The notes: generated by a model from the sequence alone, not told the origin. A stretch of DNA of 54,129 bases from an uncultured Chitinophaga sp. (GCA_964547895.1 CAZJQH010000001.1:1-54129); one strand, 5' to 3'. Positions 42,279 to 53,168 are shown, numbered from the stretch's first letter. Program-made: numbers and translations.

Positions 42279-44744
42279 ATGAGCGCCATCCGACTCGCCA
42301 CCGCCGACCTGCGCCTGCAGGTCGATCCGGCCCGGCTCGGTTTTGCCGACACGACCGAGCTGACCCAGGAGGAACTGCCCTGGATCGGCCAGGAGCGCGC
42401 CCAGACCGCGGCGCGCTTCGGCCTCGGGCTCGACCACCCGGACTATCACCTGTTCGTGCTCGGCGATGTCGGCACCGGCCGCTCGACGCTGCTGCAGCAG
42501 GAGATGCAGGCCGTCGCCAGCCAGCGCCCGGCGCCACCCGACCTGTGCTATCTGCACAATTTCGACGCGCCCGAACGCCCGCGCGCGCTGCGCCTGCCAG
42601 CTGGCGAGGGCCGCCAGCTGCGCCAGCTGATGGCGCAGATGGTCAAGACGCTGCAGGCCGACATCCCCAAGCGCTTCGCCGAGCCCGACTTCAAGGCCGC
42701 GCAGGACCGGCTCGAGCACGACTACGCCGAGCGCGAGGCCGAGGCCTACCAGGCGCTGTCGGCCTTTGCCGCCGAGCGCCATTTCGCGCTGCGGCGCGAG
42801 GGCGGCCAGCTGATCCTGACCCTGATCGGCGCCAATGGCCAGGGCCTGACCGAGGCCGAACTGGCCGCGCTGCCACAGGCCGAGCGCGAGCGCTACGACC
42901 AGGGCGAGCGCGAGCTGCGCGCCGAGATCCTGCGCTTCCTCGAGCTGACCCGCCCGCTCGAGCGCGCGCTCGACGAGGGCGTGACCGCGCTGCGGCTGCA
43001 GGCCGTCAAGCCGCTGCTCGAGCGCGAGCTGCAGGCAATCCGCCAGCAGCTGCGCAAGAACATCAAGGACACGCGCAAGCTCGGCAGCTACCTCGAGCAG
43101 GTCACGATCAACCTGCTCGAGCACCTGCACCTGTTCGAGAGTGGCGAGCCCGAGGACGAGCCCGATCGCAAGGAGGCGCTGGCCCAGGTGCTGGCGCGCT
43201 ACCGCGTCAACCTGGTGGTCGACAACGCGGGCGCGCGCGGCGCGCCGGTGATCGTCGAGAACAACCCGCTGTTCCGGCCGCTGTTCGGCAGCATCGAATA
43301 CCAGTCCGAGAACGACGTGCTGGTGACCGACTTCTCGCGCATCCGCGCCGGCAGCCTGCTCAAGGCCCATGGCGGCTTCCTGATGCTGCACATGCGCGAC
43401 CTGCTGGCCGACGAGCTGGTGTGGGAGAAGCTGCGCCGCTTCCTGCGCAACGGCCGGCTGCAGATCGAGGAGCCGGCGGTGGTCTATTCGGCCCAGGCCT
43501 CGACCTCGCTCGAGCCCGAGGCGGTCGACATCGACGTCAAGCTGGTGCTGGTCGGCTCGGACGAGCATTACTACGCGCTGCAGGAGGGCGACCCCGAGTT
43601 CGCGCGTCATTTCCGCGTCAAGGTCGACTTCGCCGACAGCTTCCTGGCCAGCGATGCGACCCGGCGTGCCAGCGGGGTATTCGTGGCCCATGTCTGCGAG
43701 CGGCTCGGGCTGCCGCATTTCAGCGCGGCGGCGGTGGCGGCGGTGATCGAGGACAGCCACCGCCAGGCCGAGGACCAGGCGCGTCAGTGCGCGGCCTTCT
43801 CGCGCACCGAGGCGCTGGTGGTCGAGAGCGCCGGCGTGGCGCAGGCGCGCGGCGCGCGCCAGGTCGAGGCCGACGACGTCGCCGCCGCGCTGCAGGCGCA
43901 GCGCCATCGGCACGACTACCTGGAGCAGCGCCTGCGCGACGCGATCGCCGATGGCGAGCGCATCATCGCGCTCGACGGTGCGCGCGTCGGCCAGCTCAAC
44001 GGCCTGACGGTGATAGACCTCGGCGACTACCGCTTCGGCCAGCCGATGAAGGTGACGGCGCGCAGCGTCGCCGGCACCGAGGGCCTGCTCAACATCGAGC
44101 GCGAGGTCGAGCTCTCCGGCCCGATCCACGACAAGGCGGTGCTGATCCTGCAGAGCTACCTGTCGGCGCTGTTCGGCCATATCGCGCCGCTGGCGCTCAG
44201 CGCCTCGATCGTGTTCGAGCAGGAATACCACGGCGTCGAGGGCGACTCGGCCAGCTGCGCCGAGCTCTACGCGCTGCTGTCCTCGCTCGCTGGCCTGCCG
44301 CTGCAGCAGGGCATAGCCGTCACCGGCGCGATCAGCCCGTTCGGCGAGGTGCTGCCGATCGGCGGCGTCAACGAGAAGATCGAGGGCTTCTTTGCGGTCT
44401 GCCGCGAGGCCGGACTCAACGGCCGCCAGGGCGTGCTGATCCCGGCGCGCAACCGGCGCCACCTGATGCTGTCGCGCGAGGTCTGCGCGGCGGTCGAGCG
44501 CGGCGAATTCCAGATCCACGTCGCCAGCCATGTCAGCGAAGGCGCCGAGCTGCTGATGGGCCTGCCCTTCGGCGCCGACCCGGCCCAGCCCTGCCCGGTC
44601 GCCCTGCCCGGCCCGGCCTGCACGCGCAGCGCGCCGAACGGCTATCCGGCCGACAGCATCCTGGGCCGCGCCGAGGCGACGCTGCTGGCCTTCCGCCGTG
44701 CCTGCCTGCGCGCGAGCAACCCGAAGGCGTGGCGACGGCGCTGA
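42279..44744 (+). CDS. Lon-like (LonC/AAA_32 type) protease
   Basis: IGQERA, degenerate Walker A GDVGTGRS, LFGSIEY, GSLLKAHGG, GQLNGL, catalytic EGDSAS and GGVNEKIEGF; RBS GGAGG. Confidence 0.88.
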   Translation: MSAIRLATADLRLQVDPARLGFADTTELTQEELPWIGQERAQTAARFGLGLDHPDYHLFVLGDVGTGRSTLLQQEMQAVASQRPAPPDLCYLHNFDAPERPRALRLPAGEGRQLRQLMAQMVKTLQADIPKRFAEPDFKAAQDRLEHDYAEREAEAYQALSAFAAERHFALRREGGQLILTLIGANGQGLTEAELAALPQAERERYDQGERELRAEILRFLELTRPLERALDEGVTALRLQAVKPLLERELQAIRQQLRKNIKDTRKLGSYLEQVTINLLEHLHLFESGEPEDEPDRKEALAQVLARYRVNLVVDNAGARGAPVIVENNPLFRPLFGSIEYQSENDVLVTDFSRIRAGSLLKAHGGFLMLHMRDLLADELVWEKLRRFLRNGRLQIEEPAVVYSAQASTSLEPEAVDIDVKLVLVGSDEHYYALQEGDPEFARHFRVKVDFADSFLASDATRRASGVFVAHVCERLGLPHFSAAAVAAVIEDSHRQAEDQARQCAAFSRTEALVVESAGVAQARGARQVEADDVAAALQAQRHRHDYLEQRLRDAIADGERIIALDGARVGQLNGLTVIDLGDYRFGQPMKVTARSVAGTEGLLNIEREVELSGPIHDKAVLILQSYLSALFGHIAPLALSASIVFEQEYHGVEGDSASCAELYALLSSLAGLPLQQGIAVTGAISPFGEVLPIGGVNEKIEGFFAVCREAGLNGRQGVLIPARNRRHLMLSREVCAAVERGEFQIHVASHVSEGAELLMGLPFGADPAQPCPVALPGPACTRSAPNGYPADSILGRAEATLLAFRRACLRASNPKAWRRR

Positions 44745-44790
44745 GCTGGTTCATACTAGCGGGCTGCAACGCTTCACTGACCAATACCCC

Positions 44791-45249
44791 ATGAGCATCG
44801 AACAAGACGACACGACCACGCCGCCGCTGCACTGGAACGACCAGTACCTGCTGGGCTACAACCCTATCGACGACATCCACGAGGAGTTCGTCGGCCTGGT
44901 CGGCCGCATGCAGACCGCCCCCGACGCCGAGCTGCCGGACCTGCTCGACCAGTTCGCTGCCCACTGCGAGGACCACTTCGAGACCGAGAACCGCTGGATG
45001 CGCGAGACCGACTTCCCGCCGCGCGACTGCCACATCGACGAGCACGCCGCCGTGCTGGCCTCGGTGCGCGAGGTCCAGGCCCTGCCGCCCGAGGAGAAGG
45101 TCGAGGTCATCCGCAACCTGGTCGAGGCCCTGGCCGACTGGTTCCCCAAGCATGCCGACCAGCTCGACTCGGCGCTGGCGCACTGGATGAGCAAGGAGCG
45201 CCTGGGCGGCAAGCCGGTGGTGCTGCGCCGCGGCCTGCAGCTGCGCTGA
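44791..45249 (+). CDS. Single-domain bacteriohemerythrin
   Basis: W..YLLG..IDDIH, HFETE, HIDEH, HADQLD: complete di-iron ligand set. Confidence 0.9.
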   Translation: MSIEQDDTTTPPLHWNDQYLLGYNPIDDIHEEFVGLVGRMQTAPDAELPDLLDQFAAHCEDHFETENRWMRETDFPPRDCHIDEHAAVLASVREVQALPPEEKVEVIRNLVEALADWFPKHADQLDSALAHWMSKERLGGKPVVLRRGLQLR

Positions 45250-45273
45250 GTCGGCGCGGCCGCGCCGCGACTC

Positions 45274-46227
45274 TCAGGCCAGCCCGGCCAGGCCGGCCTG
45301 GACGGCAACGGCCAGGCGCTCGGCCTCGAGCTTCTCGGCCGCCTGCATGCGGTAGATCTCGTCGATCAGCTCGCGCAGCAACAGGATGTCCTCCGACTGG
45401 TCATTGAGCCTGGTGCTCATGATGATGGCCGAGGTCGCATTCGCCTCGAGCAGGGGGCGGTAGACGACTTCCTCGCGCCGCACCTTCTGCACGCTCTCGG
45501 GCACCACGCACAGCCCCATGCCCGAGGCGACCAGGCCGAGCGCAGTCTGCATCTCCTGGATCTCGTGCACCTCGGCCGGCTCCAGGCCACGGTCGCGGAA
45601 CAGCGACAGCACATGGTCGGCATAGCTGGGGCGCGGCTTGCGCGGATAGACCAGCAGGGGATAGGCGGCCACCTCCGGCAGGCTGACCTGGCCCGACTCG
45701 CTGGCGAGCGGATGACCGCTCGGTATCGCCACCACCAGCCGCTCCTCGCGCAGCACCTCGCGCTTGAGCGCCGGATCGTCGAAGCGCACCCGGCCGAAGC
45801 CAACGTCGATCTGGCCAGCCTTGAGCGCCTCGACCTGCTCGATCGAGGTTTTCTCGACCAGCACCAGCGGAGTATTCGGCTTGCGGGCCCTGAATAGCCG
45901 CGCGATGCGTGGCAGCGCGCCATACATCGAAGACGCCACGAAGCCCACCACCAGCCGGCGCTCGACCTGGGACAGGCGACGCGTCATCACGATCGCCTCG
46001 TCGAGCTGCTCGAGCATGCGCAGGGCGCGGGCGTAGAAGAAGCGGCCGGCCTCGGTCAGCGCCAGCGGCCTGGCCTCGCGGTCGAACAGCTGCAGGCCCA
46101 GCTCCTCCTCGAGCTGCTGGATCTGCCGGCTCAAGGGTGGCTGCGAAATGTAGAGCCGCTCGGCCGCGCGGGTGAAGCTGCGCTCCTGCGCGACCGCGAC
46201 AAAATACTTGAGGTGACGGAATTCCAT
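45274..46227 (-). CDS. LysR regulator, BenM/CatR family
   Basis: MEFRHLKYFVAVAQERSFTRAAERLYISQPPLSRQIQQLEEELG, IDVGFGR, YPRKPRPSYAD; divergent from benA. Confidence 0.92.
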   Translation of the reverse strand: MEFRHLKYFVAVAQERSFTRAAERLYISQPPLSRQIQQLEEELGLQLFDREARPLALTEAGRFFYARALRMLEQLDEAIVMTRRLSQVERRLVVGFVASSMYGALPRIARLFRARKPNTPLVLVEKTSIEQVEALKAGQIDVGFGRVRFDDPALKREVLREERLVVAIPSGHPLASESGQVSLPEVAAYPLLVYPRKPRPSYADHVLSLFRDRGLEPAEVHEIQEMQTALGLVASGMGLCVVPESVQKVRREEVVYRPLLEANATSAIIMSTRLNDQSEDILLLRELIDEIYRMQAAEKLEAERLAVAVQAGLAGLA

Positions 46228-46235
46228 GGCGATCG

Positions 46236-46250
46236 ATACCTACAGAGTAT
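46236..46250. promoter_or_regulatory. BenM/CatR/CatM recognition site
   Basis: Exact ATAC-N7-GTAT (ATACCTACAGAGTAT). Confidence 0.85.
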
Positions 46251-46565
46251 GGAACGATTCTAAAACAGTCTTTGATCTGAAGCCTGCTTCCTTCATAAGA
46301 TCTCGGTCGGAAAACAAGCAAACCTTGCAGCATGACAGCCGAGAACGGCTGCTTGCCGCAGGAGCACAGACGGTGAAGCGACACCGGCTGCTGCAGGAGA
46401 CAAGCCAAGCCAGACACCGGCCGCCAGCGGCAGCCCGTCAAGCTTGAGCATGCCCTGCCAGCCGCAACGCTCAATCCCATGTGCGGCCCGGCACCAGCTC
46501 CCCTCACTCCTGGACCGGTCCTGTTTGTCGCCCGAAAGCACACAAGCACCTCAGGAGATCCAATA

Positions 46566-47921
46566 ATGAGCAAGCAAAACCTGCGCGAGCGCCTGGACGG
46601 CATCCTGGTCGATGACCACGAGAAGGGCCTGCACCGTATCAAGCGTACCGCCTTCACCGACCCCGAGCTGTTCGAGCTCGAGATGAAGCACATCTTCGAA
46701 GGCAACTGGATCTATCTGGCGCACGAGAGCCAGATCGCCAACCCGGGTGACTACTACACCACCCAGATCGGTCGCCAGCCGGTGATGATCACCCGCAACC
46801 GTGCCGGTGAACTGAACTGCTTCATCAACGCCTGCGCCCACCGCGGCGCCCAGCTCGCCCGTCACAAGACCGGCAACAAGGGTACCTTCACCTGCCCCTT
46901 CCACGGCTGGACCTTCAACAACTCCGGCAAGCTGCTCAAGATCAAGGATCCGGACAACACCGGCTACCCCGACACCTTCAACAAGGAAGGCAGCCACGAT
47001 CTGACCAAGATCGCCAAGTTCGAGTCCTATCGCGGCTTCCTGTTCGGCTCGCTGAACGCCGACGTGCAGTCGCTCGAAGAGTACCTGGGCGAATCGCGCA
47101 AGATCATCGACATGATCGTCGACCAGTCGCCGGAAGGCCTGGAAGTGCTGCGTGGCTCCTCGACCTACTACTTCGAAGGCAACTGGAAAGTCCAGGCCGA
47201 GAACGGCGCTGACGGCTACCACGTGACCGCCACCCACTGGAACTACGCTGCCACCCAGGCAGCCCGCAAGGACCGCGAAGCCGGCAACGACCAGATCAAG
47301 GCCATGAGCGCCGGCGGCTGGGCCAAGAAGGGCGGCGGCTCCTACTCGTTCGAGAACGGCCACCTGCTGCTGTGGACCCGCTGGGACAACCCGGAAGACC
47401 GTCCGCTGTATCCGGTGCGCGAACAGCTCGCCGAGCGCGTGGGCGCCAACCAGGCCGAGTGGATGATCAACAACTCGCGCAACCTCTGCCTGTACCCGAA
47501 CGTCTACCTGATGGACCAGTTCAGCTCGCAGATCCGCGTCATCCGTCCGCTCTCCGTCGACCGTACCGAAGTCACCATCTACTGCATCGCCCCGAAGGGC
47601 GAGAGCGCCGAGGCTCGTGCCCGCCGCCTGCGCCAGTACGAGGACTTCTTCAACGCCACCGGCATGGCTACCCCGGACGACCTGGAAGAGTTCCGTTCCT
47701 GCCAGCAAGGCTTCAACGCCACCGCTGCCGTCTGGAACGACATGTCCCGCGGTGCCGAGCACTGGGTCCAGGGTCCCGATGAAGAAGCCAACAAGATCGG
47801 CCTCAAGCCCATCCTGTCGGGCATCAAGACCGAGGACGAAGGCCTGTACGTCGCCCAGCACGCCTACTGGCTGAAGCAGATGGAAAAAGCCGTGGCCGCC
47901 GAAGAAGCCCAAGGCAAATAA
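46566..47921 (+). CDS. benA: Benzoate 1,2-dioxygenase alpha subunit
   Basis: Rieske [49 protein letters not shown]. Confidence 0.95.
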   Translation: MSKQNLRERLDGILVDDHEKGLHRIKRTAFTDPELFELEMKHIFEGNWIYLAHESQIANPGDYYTTQIGRQPVMITRNRAGELNCFINACAHRGAQLARHKTGNKGTFTCPFHGWTFNNSGKLLKIKDPDNTGYPDTFNKEGSHDLTKIAKFESYRGFLFGSLNADVQSLEEYLGESRKIIDMIVDQSPEGLEVLRGSSTYYFEGNWKVQAENGADGYHVTATHWNYAATQAARKDREAGNDQIKAMSAGGWAKKGGGSYSFENGHLLLWTRWDNPEDRPLYPVREQLAERVGANQAEWMINNSRNLCLYPNVYLMDQFSSQIRVIRPLSVDRTEVTIYCIAPKGESAEARARRLRQYEDFFNATGMATPDDLEEFRSCQQGFNATAAVWNDMSRGAEHWVQGPDEEANKIGLKPILSGIKTEDEGLYVAQHAYWLKQMEKAVAAEEAQGK

Positions 47922-47939
47922 TCAACGGAGACCATTAGC

Positions 47940-48428
47940 ATGACCACCTCTTACGAAAACGTCTGCGCCGTCCTGTTCCAGGAGGCCCGCCTGCTCGACG
48001 ACCGCGACTGGGATTCCTGGCTCGAGATGTACGACCCCCAGGCCGAGTACTGGGCTCCGGCCTGGGCCGATGACGGCGAACTGACCGACGATCCGCAGAC
48101 CCAGGTCTCGCTGATCTACTACCCGAACCGTGGCGGACTGGAAGACCGCGTCTTCCGCATCCGCACCGACCGTTCGAGCGCGACCATCCCGGACACCCGC
48201 ACCTCGCACAACATCACCAACGTCGAGATCGTCGAGCGCAATGGTGACGTGGTCAAGGTCCGCCACAACTGGGTGACCTACAGCGTGCGCTACAACCACA
48301 CCGACACGTTTGCCGGCACCTCGTTCGTGACCATCGACTTCTCGGGCGCCAAGCCCGTGATCAAGGCGAAGAAGGTCATCATCAAGACTGACTACATCCG
48401 TCACGTCCTCGACGTCTACCACCTGTAA
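47940..48428 (+). CDS. benB: Benzoate 1,2-dioxygenase beta subunit
   Basis: EARLLDDRDWDSWL, SLIYYPNRGGLEDRVFRI, RTSHNITN, DVYH. Confidence 0.95.
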   Translation: MTTSYENVCAVLFQEARLLDDRDWDSWLEMYDPQAEYWAPAWADDGELTDDPQTQVSLIYYPNRGGLEDRVFRIRTDRSSATIPDTRTSHNITNVEIVERNGDVVKVRHNWVTYSVRYNHTDTFAGTSFVTIDFSGAKPVIKAKKVIIKTDYIRHVLDVYHL

Positions 48429-48556
48429 TCCAGCTCGGCGCCCAAGGTGGCGCCAGCTCGGGTAGAGTAGTCACGGCGCCGACCTCGCAAGGGTTGGCGC
48501 CCGTCTTTTTACTCCTGGCGGCCCCCGCCTTCCACGTCCGAACCACCGCAACTACC

Positions 48557-49570
48557 ATGACGACTTACAAGATCGCCCTTAACTTCGAGGATGGCGTCAC
48601 CCGCTTCATCGATTGCAAAGACACCGAGACCGTGGCCGACGCTGCGTATCGCCAGAAGATCAACGTGCCGATCGACTGCCGCGACGGCGCATGCGGCGCC
48701 TGCAAGTCGAGCTGCGAGTCGGGCGAGTTCGAGATGGGCTTCTACATCGACGACGCCCTGACCGAAGAAGAATTCAAGCAAGGCTATGTGCTGACCTGCC
48801 AGATGCGTCCGAAGAGCGACTGCGTCGTCAGCATCCCCGCCTCCTCGGCCGTCTGCAAGACCACCCAGGTCAGCCTGAAGACGACGATCAAGTCGGTGCA
48901 GCTGGTCTCCGACAGCACGATCGCGCTGACCGTCGCCGGCGACGATGTCGCCAAGCTGTCCTTCCTGCCGGGCCAGTACGCCAACCTGCAGGTGCCGGGC
49001 ACCGACGCGCACCGCGCCTACTCCTTCAGCTCCATGCCCAAGGACGGCGAGGTCTCGTTCCTGATCCGCAACGTGCCGGGCGGCCTGATGAGCACCTACC
49101 TGCGCGAGCAGGCCAAGCCGGGCGACCAGATCGTCATGAACGGCCCCAAGGGCAGCTTCTACCTGCGCGAGATCGTGCGTCCGGTCATGATGCTGGCCGG
49201 TGGCACCGGCCTGGCGCCCTTCACCGCCATGCTCGACAAGATCGTCGCGGCCGGCGGCAGCCCCTTCCCGGTGCACCTGATCTACGGCGTCAACAACGAC
49301 ACCGACCTGGTCGACGTGGACAAGCTGGAAGCCTTTGCCAAGGCCCTGCCCAACTTCACCTACGCCCTGGTCGTGGTCGACGCCAACAGCGCCCAGCCGA
49401 AGAAGGGCTACGTCACCAACCACATCGAAGCCGGCCAGCTCTACGACGGCGAACTCGACATGTACCTGTGCGGCCCGCCGCCCATGGTGGAAGCGGTCAA
49501 CCAGTACCTGCGCGACCAGGGCATCAAGCCCGTCAGCTTCCACTACGAGAAGTTCGCCGCCAGCGCCTGA
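48557..49570 (+). CDS. benC: Benzoate dioxygenase reductase
   Basis: IALNFEDGVTRFI, DCRDGACGACK, FLPGQY, RAYSFSS, AGGTGLAPF, YLCGPPPMV. Confidence 0.95.
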   Translation: MTTYKIALNFEDGVTRFIDCKDTETVADAAYRQKINVPIDCRDGACGACKSSCESGEFEMGFYIDDALTEEEFKQGYVLTCQMRPKSDCVVSIPASSAVCKTTQVSLKTTIKSVQLVSDSTIALTVAGDDVAKLSFLPGQYANLQVPGTDAHRAYSFSSMPKDGEVSFLIRNVPGGLMSTYLREQAKPGDQIVMNGPKGSFYLREIVRPVMMLAGGTGLAPFTAMLDKIVAAGGSPFPVHLIYGVNNDTDLVDVDKLEAFAKALPNFTYALVVVDANSAQPKKGYVTNHIEAGQLYDGELDMYLCGPPPMVEAVNQYLRDQGIKPVSFHYEKFAASA

Positions 49571-49623
49571 GCGCGGCCTCCCTGCAACAGCCCGTTCCAA
49601 CGGGCTTTTTCTTACCGATCCAG

Positions 49624-50403
49624 ATGAGCAAACGATTCAAGAACAAGGTCTGCGTCATCACCGGCGCCGGCCAGGGCATCGGCGCTGGCGTCGCTGCGCG
49701 CATGGCCAAGGAAGGCGCCAAGCTGGTGCTGGTCGACCGCTCCGACATCGTGTTCGAGCTGAGCGAGAAGCTCGAGAAGAAGGGCGTCGAGGTCATCGCG
49801 CTGACCGGCGACATGGAAAAGGCTGCGGACTGCAACAAGGTCATGAAGCAGGCCGCCAAGAAGTTCGGCCGCATCGACGTGCTGGTCAACAACGTCGGCG
49901 GCACGATCTGGACCAAGCCCTTCGAGCACTACAAGGAGAACGAGATCGAGGCCGAAGTGCGTCGCTCGCTGTTCCCGACCCTGTGGTGCTGCCACGCGGT
50001 GCTGCCCTACATGCTCGAGCAAAAGAGCGGCTCCATCGTCAACGTCTCGTCGATCGCCACGCGCAGCATCAACCGCGTGCCCTACGGTGCGGCCAAGGGC
50101 GGCGTCAATGCGCTGACCGCCTGCCTGGCGTTCGAGAACGCGCAGCGCGGCATCCGCGTCAACGCGATCGCCACCGGCGGCACCGAGGCTCCGCCGCGCC
50201 GCGTGCCGCGCAACACGAACGAGCAGACCGAGCAGGAAAAGGCCTGGTACCAGCAGATCATCGACCAGACCGTCGACTCCTCGCTGATGAAACGCTACGG
50301 CACCATCGACGAGCAGGTCAACGCGATCTGCTTCCTGGCCTCTGACGAAGCCTCCTACATCACCGGCTCGACGCTGCCGGTCGGCGGCGGCGACCTGGGC
50401 TGA
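49624..50403 (+). CDS. benD: Benzoate cis-dihydrodiol dehydrogenase
   Basis: TGAGQGIG, NNVGGTIW.KPF, IEAEVRRSLFPTLWCC, YGAAKGG, LPVGGGDLG. Confidence 0.95.
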   Translation: MSKRFKNKVCVITGAGQGIGAGVAARMAKEGAKLVLVDRSDIVFELSEKLEKKGVEVIALTGDMEKAADCNKVMKQAAKKFGRIDVLVNNVGGTIWTKPFEHYKENEIEAEVRRSLFPTLWCCHAVLPYMLEQKSGSIVNVSSIATRSINRVPYGAAKGGVNALTACLAFENAQRGIRVNAIATGGTEAPPRRVPRNTNEQTEQEKAWYQQIIDQTVDSSLMKRYGTIDEQVNAICFLASDEASYITGSTLPVGGGDLG

Positions 50404-50416
50404 CCGCATCCGCTCC

Positions 50417-50451
50417 AAGCCAGGGCGGCTGCGGCCTCCCTGGCTTTTTTT
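50417..50451 (+). terminator. Terminator after benD
   Basis: AAGCCAGGG...CCCTGGCTT + T7. Confidence 0.7.
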
Positions 50452-50480
50452 CACCCCGAAATCAGGAAAAGAGACAAGCG

Positions 50481-51827
50481 ATGAAAAAGATTGACGTCGC
50501 CAAGACAATTGACGAAGCCAAGTTCAACGGCTTCCACTGGATGGTGCTGTTCTGGTGCGCCCTCATCATCATCTTCGACGGCTACGACCTGGTGATCTAC
50601 GGCGTCGTGATGCCGCTGCTGATGAAGGAATGGGGCCTGAGCCCGCTGCAGGCCGGCAGCATGGGCAGCGCCGCGCTGTTCGGCATGATGGCGGGCGCCA
50701 TGTTCTTCGGCCCGCTGTCCGACAAGATCGGCCGCAAGAAGGCGATCACGATCTGCGTCATCCTGTTCAGCGGCTTCACCGTGCTCAACGGCTTCGCGCG
50801 TGACATCACCGAGTTCGTGGTCTGCCGCTTCATCGCGGGCCTCGGCATCGGTGGCGTGATGCCCAACGTGGTCGCGCTGATGAGCGAGTACGCCCCGAAG
50901 AAGATCCGCAGCACCCTGGTCGCGATCATGTTCAGCGGCTACTCGGTCGGCGGCATGCTGTCGGCCGGCCTGGGCATCGCGCTGATGCCTTCCTACGGCT
51001 GGCAGGTCATGTTCTACATCGCCGGCATCCCGCTGCTGCTGCTGCCGCTGATCATGCTCTTCCTGCCGGAATCGGTCGGCTTCCTGGTCCGCCATGGCCG
51101 CAACGACGAGGCGGTCAAGCTGCTCAAGCGCGTCAAGCCGGGCCTGGACGCCTCGGCCAGCGACGAGCTCGCCATGCCCGCTGCCAAGGCCGGTGGTGCG
51201 CCGGTGCTCGAGCTGTTCCTGGGCGGCCGCGCGCTGCAGACCATCATGCTGTGGATTGCCTTCTTCTGCTGCCTGCTGATGGTCTACGCGCTCAACTCCT
51301 GGCTGCCCAAGCTGATGGCGCAGGCCGGCTACAGCCTGGGCTCGAGCCTGGGCTTCCTGCTGGTGCTCAACTTCGGTGCCATCTTCGGTGCCGTCGGCGG
51401 CGGCTACCTGGGTGACCGCTTCAACCTGCCGCGCGTGCTGATCGCCTTCTTCGCGATCGCCGCTGCCTCGATCAGCCTGCTCGGCTTCAAGACCGAGACC
51501 TGGATCCTGTACAGCCTGATCGGCATCGCCGGCGCCACCACCATCGGCACCCAGATCCTGCTGTACGCGCTCGGCGCCCATTTCTACACCATGTCGATCC
51601 GCTCGACCGGCCTGGGCTGGGCTTCCGGCATCGGCCGCAACGGCGCCATCGTCGGCCCGATCCTGGGCGGTGCGCTGATGGGCATGACGCTGCCGCTGCA
51701 CTACAACTTCATCGCCTTCGCCATTCCGGGCGCGATCGCGATGGTGGCGATGATCATCTTCAGCCTGCGCGAATCCGGCCTCTCGTCGGCCGGCGCGATG
51801 CCGAAGGTCGCCACACAGTCGGCCTGA
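50481..51827 (+). CDS. benK: Aromatic acid:H+ symporter (benzoate MFS transporter)
   Basis: IIFDGYDLVIYG, SDKIGRK, GLGIGGVMPN, EYAPKKIRSTLV, WLPKLM, GIGRNGAI. Confidence 0.9.
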   Translation: MKKIDVAKTIDEAKFNGFHWMVLFWCALIIIFDGYDLVIYGVVMPLLMKEWGLSPLQAGSMGSAALFGMMAGAMFFGPLSDKIGRKKAITICVILFSGFTVLNGFARDITEFVVCRFIAGLGIGGVMPNVVALMSEYAPKKIRSTLVAIMFSGYSVGGMLSAGLGIALMPSYGWQVMFYIAGIPLLLLPLIMLFLPESVGFLVRHGRNDEAVKLLKRVKPGLDASASDELAMPAAKAGGAPVLELFLGGRALQTIMLWIAFFCCLLMVYALNSWLPKLMAQAGYSLGSSLGFLLVLNFGAIFGAVGGGYLGDRFNLPRVLIAFFAIAAASISLLGFKTETWILYSLIGIAGATTIGTQILLYALGAHFYTMSIRSTGLGWASGIGRNGAIVGPILGGALMGMTLPLHYNFIAFAIPGAIAMVAMIIFSLRESGLSSAGAMPKVATQSA

Positions 51828-51843
51828 TCCGGCTCCGCTGAAC

Positions 51844-51890
51844 CACAAGACCCCTGCCAGGCCCTGACCTGGCAGGGGTCTTGTGCTTTA
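51844..51890 (+). terminator. Perfect 18-bp stem-loop after benK
   Basis: CACAAGACCCCTGCCAGG-CCCTGA-CCTGGCAGGGGTCTTGTG, short T tail. Confidence 0.65.
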
Positions 51891-51962
51891 AGCTCCGGCA
51901 ACGGGCCCGGCTTGGCGTGCCGGCCAGTATCTGATACATTATTTTTATTTTTCGGAGACAAA

Positions 51963-53168
51963 ATGAATCACGCTTTCATCTGCGACGCCATTCGCACCCC
52001 GATCGGCCGCTACGGCGGCACCTTGGCCGCGGTGCGCGCCGACGACCTCGGCGCTGTACCGCTCAAGGCCCTGATGGCGCGCAATCCCCAGGTCGACTGG
52101 ACCGCGGTCGAGGACATCATCTACGGCTGCGCCAACCAGGCGGGCGAGGACAACCGTAACGTCGCGCGCATGTCCGGCCTGCTCGCCGGGCTGCCGATCG
52201 AGGTGCCCGGCACCACGGTCAACCGCCTGTGCGGCTCCGGCATGGATGCCGTCGGCCTGGCGGCGCGCTCGATCAAGGCGGGCGAGACTGAGCTGATGAT
52301 CGCCGGTGGCGTCGAGAGCATGTCGCGCGCGCCCTTCGTCATGCCCAAGGCCGAGTCCGCCTTCAGCCGCTCCAACGCCGTCTACGACACCACCATCGGC
52401 TGGCGCTTCATCAACCCGCTGATGAAGAAGCTGTACGAGACCCACTCGATGCCGCAGACCGCCGACAACGTGGCCGCCGAGTTCAACATCTCGCGCGCCG
52501 ACCAGGACGCCTTCGCGCTGCGCTCGCAGCAGCGCTGGGCCGCCGCCCACGCCGCCGGCCGCTTCGCCGACGAGCTGGTGCCGGTCGAGATCCCGCGCAA
52601 GAAAGGCGACCCGATCCTGTTCGGCACCGACGAGCATCCGCGCCCCGAAACGACGCTGGAGATGCTGGCCAAGCTCAAGGGCGTCAACGGCCCCGAGCTC
52701 AGCGTCACCGCCGGCAACGCCTCGGGCGTCAACGACGGCGCCTGCGCGCTGCTGCTGGCCTCCGAAGCTGCCGCCGCCAGGCATGGCCTGACTCCGCGCG
52801 CGCGCGTCGTCGCCATGGCCACCGCCGGCGTGCCCCCGCGCATCATGGGCTTCGGCCCGGCGCCGGCGGTGCGCAAGGTGCTGGCCAAGGCCGGCCTGAC
52901 GCTGGACCAGATGGACGTGATCGAGCTCAACGAGGCCTTCGCCGCGCAGGCGCTCGCCGTGGTGCGCGACCTTGGCCTGGCCGACGACGAGGCCCGCGTG
53001 AACCCGAATGGCGGCGCTATCGCCATGGGCCACCCGCTCGGCATGAGCGGTGCGCGCCTGGTTACCACCGCGGCCTACGAACTGCAGCGCCGCAACGGCC
53101 GCTACGCGCTGTGCACCATGTGCATCGGCGTCGGCCAGGGTATCGCGATGATCATCGAACGCGTCTGA
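51963..53168 (+). CDS. pcaF: 3-oxoadipyl-CoA thiolase
   Basis: GCANQAGEDNRNVARM, NRLCGSG, GVESMSRAPFV, NEAFA, GHPLGMSGAR, CIGVGQG; PcaF/PaaJ type. Confidence 0.9.
   Translation: MNHAFICDAIRTPIGRYGGTLAAVRADDLGAVPLKALMARNPQVDWTAVEDIIYGCANQAGEDNRNVARMSGLLAGLPIEVPGTTVNRLCGSGMDAVGLAARSIKAGETELMIAGGVESMSRAPFVMPKAESAFSRSNAVYDTTIGWRFINPLMKKLYETHSMPQTADNVAAEFNISRADQDAFALRSQQRWAAAHAAGRFADELVPVEIPRKKGDPILFGTDEHPRPETTLEMLAKLKGVNGPELSVTAGNASGVNDGACALLLASEAAAARHGLTPRARVVAMATAGVPPRIMGFGPAPAVRKVLAKAGLTLDQMDVIELNEAFAAQALAVVRDLGLADDEARVNPNGGAIAMGHPLGMSGARLVTTAAYELQRRNGRYALCTMCIGVGQGIAMIIERV

Noticed and set aside
51927..51937. GTATC-T-GATAC palindrome before pcaF
   Set aside because: Too short to assign; spacing and orientation do not fit the BenM ATAC-N7-GTAT site
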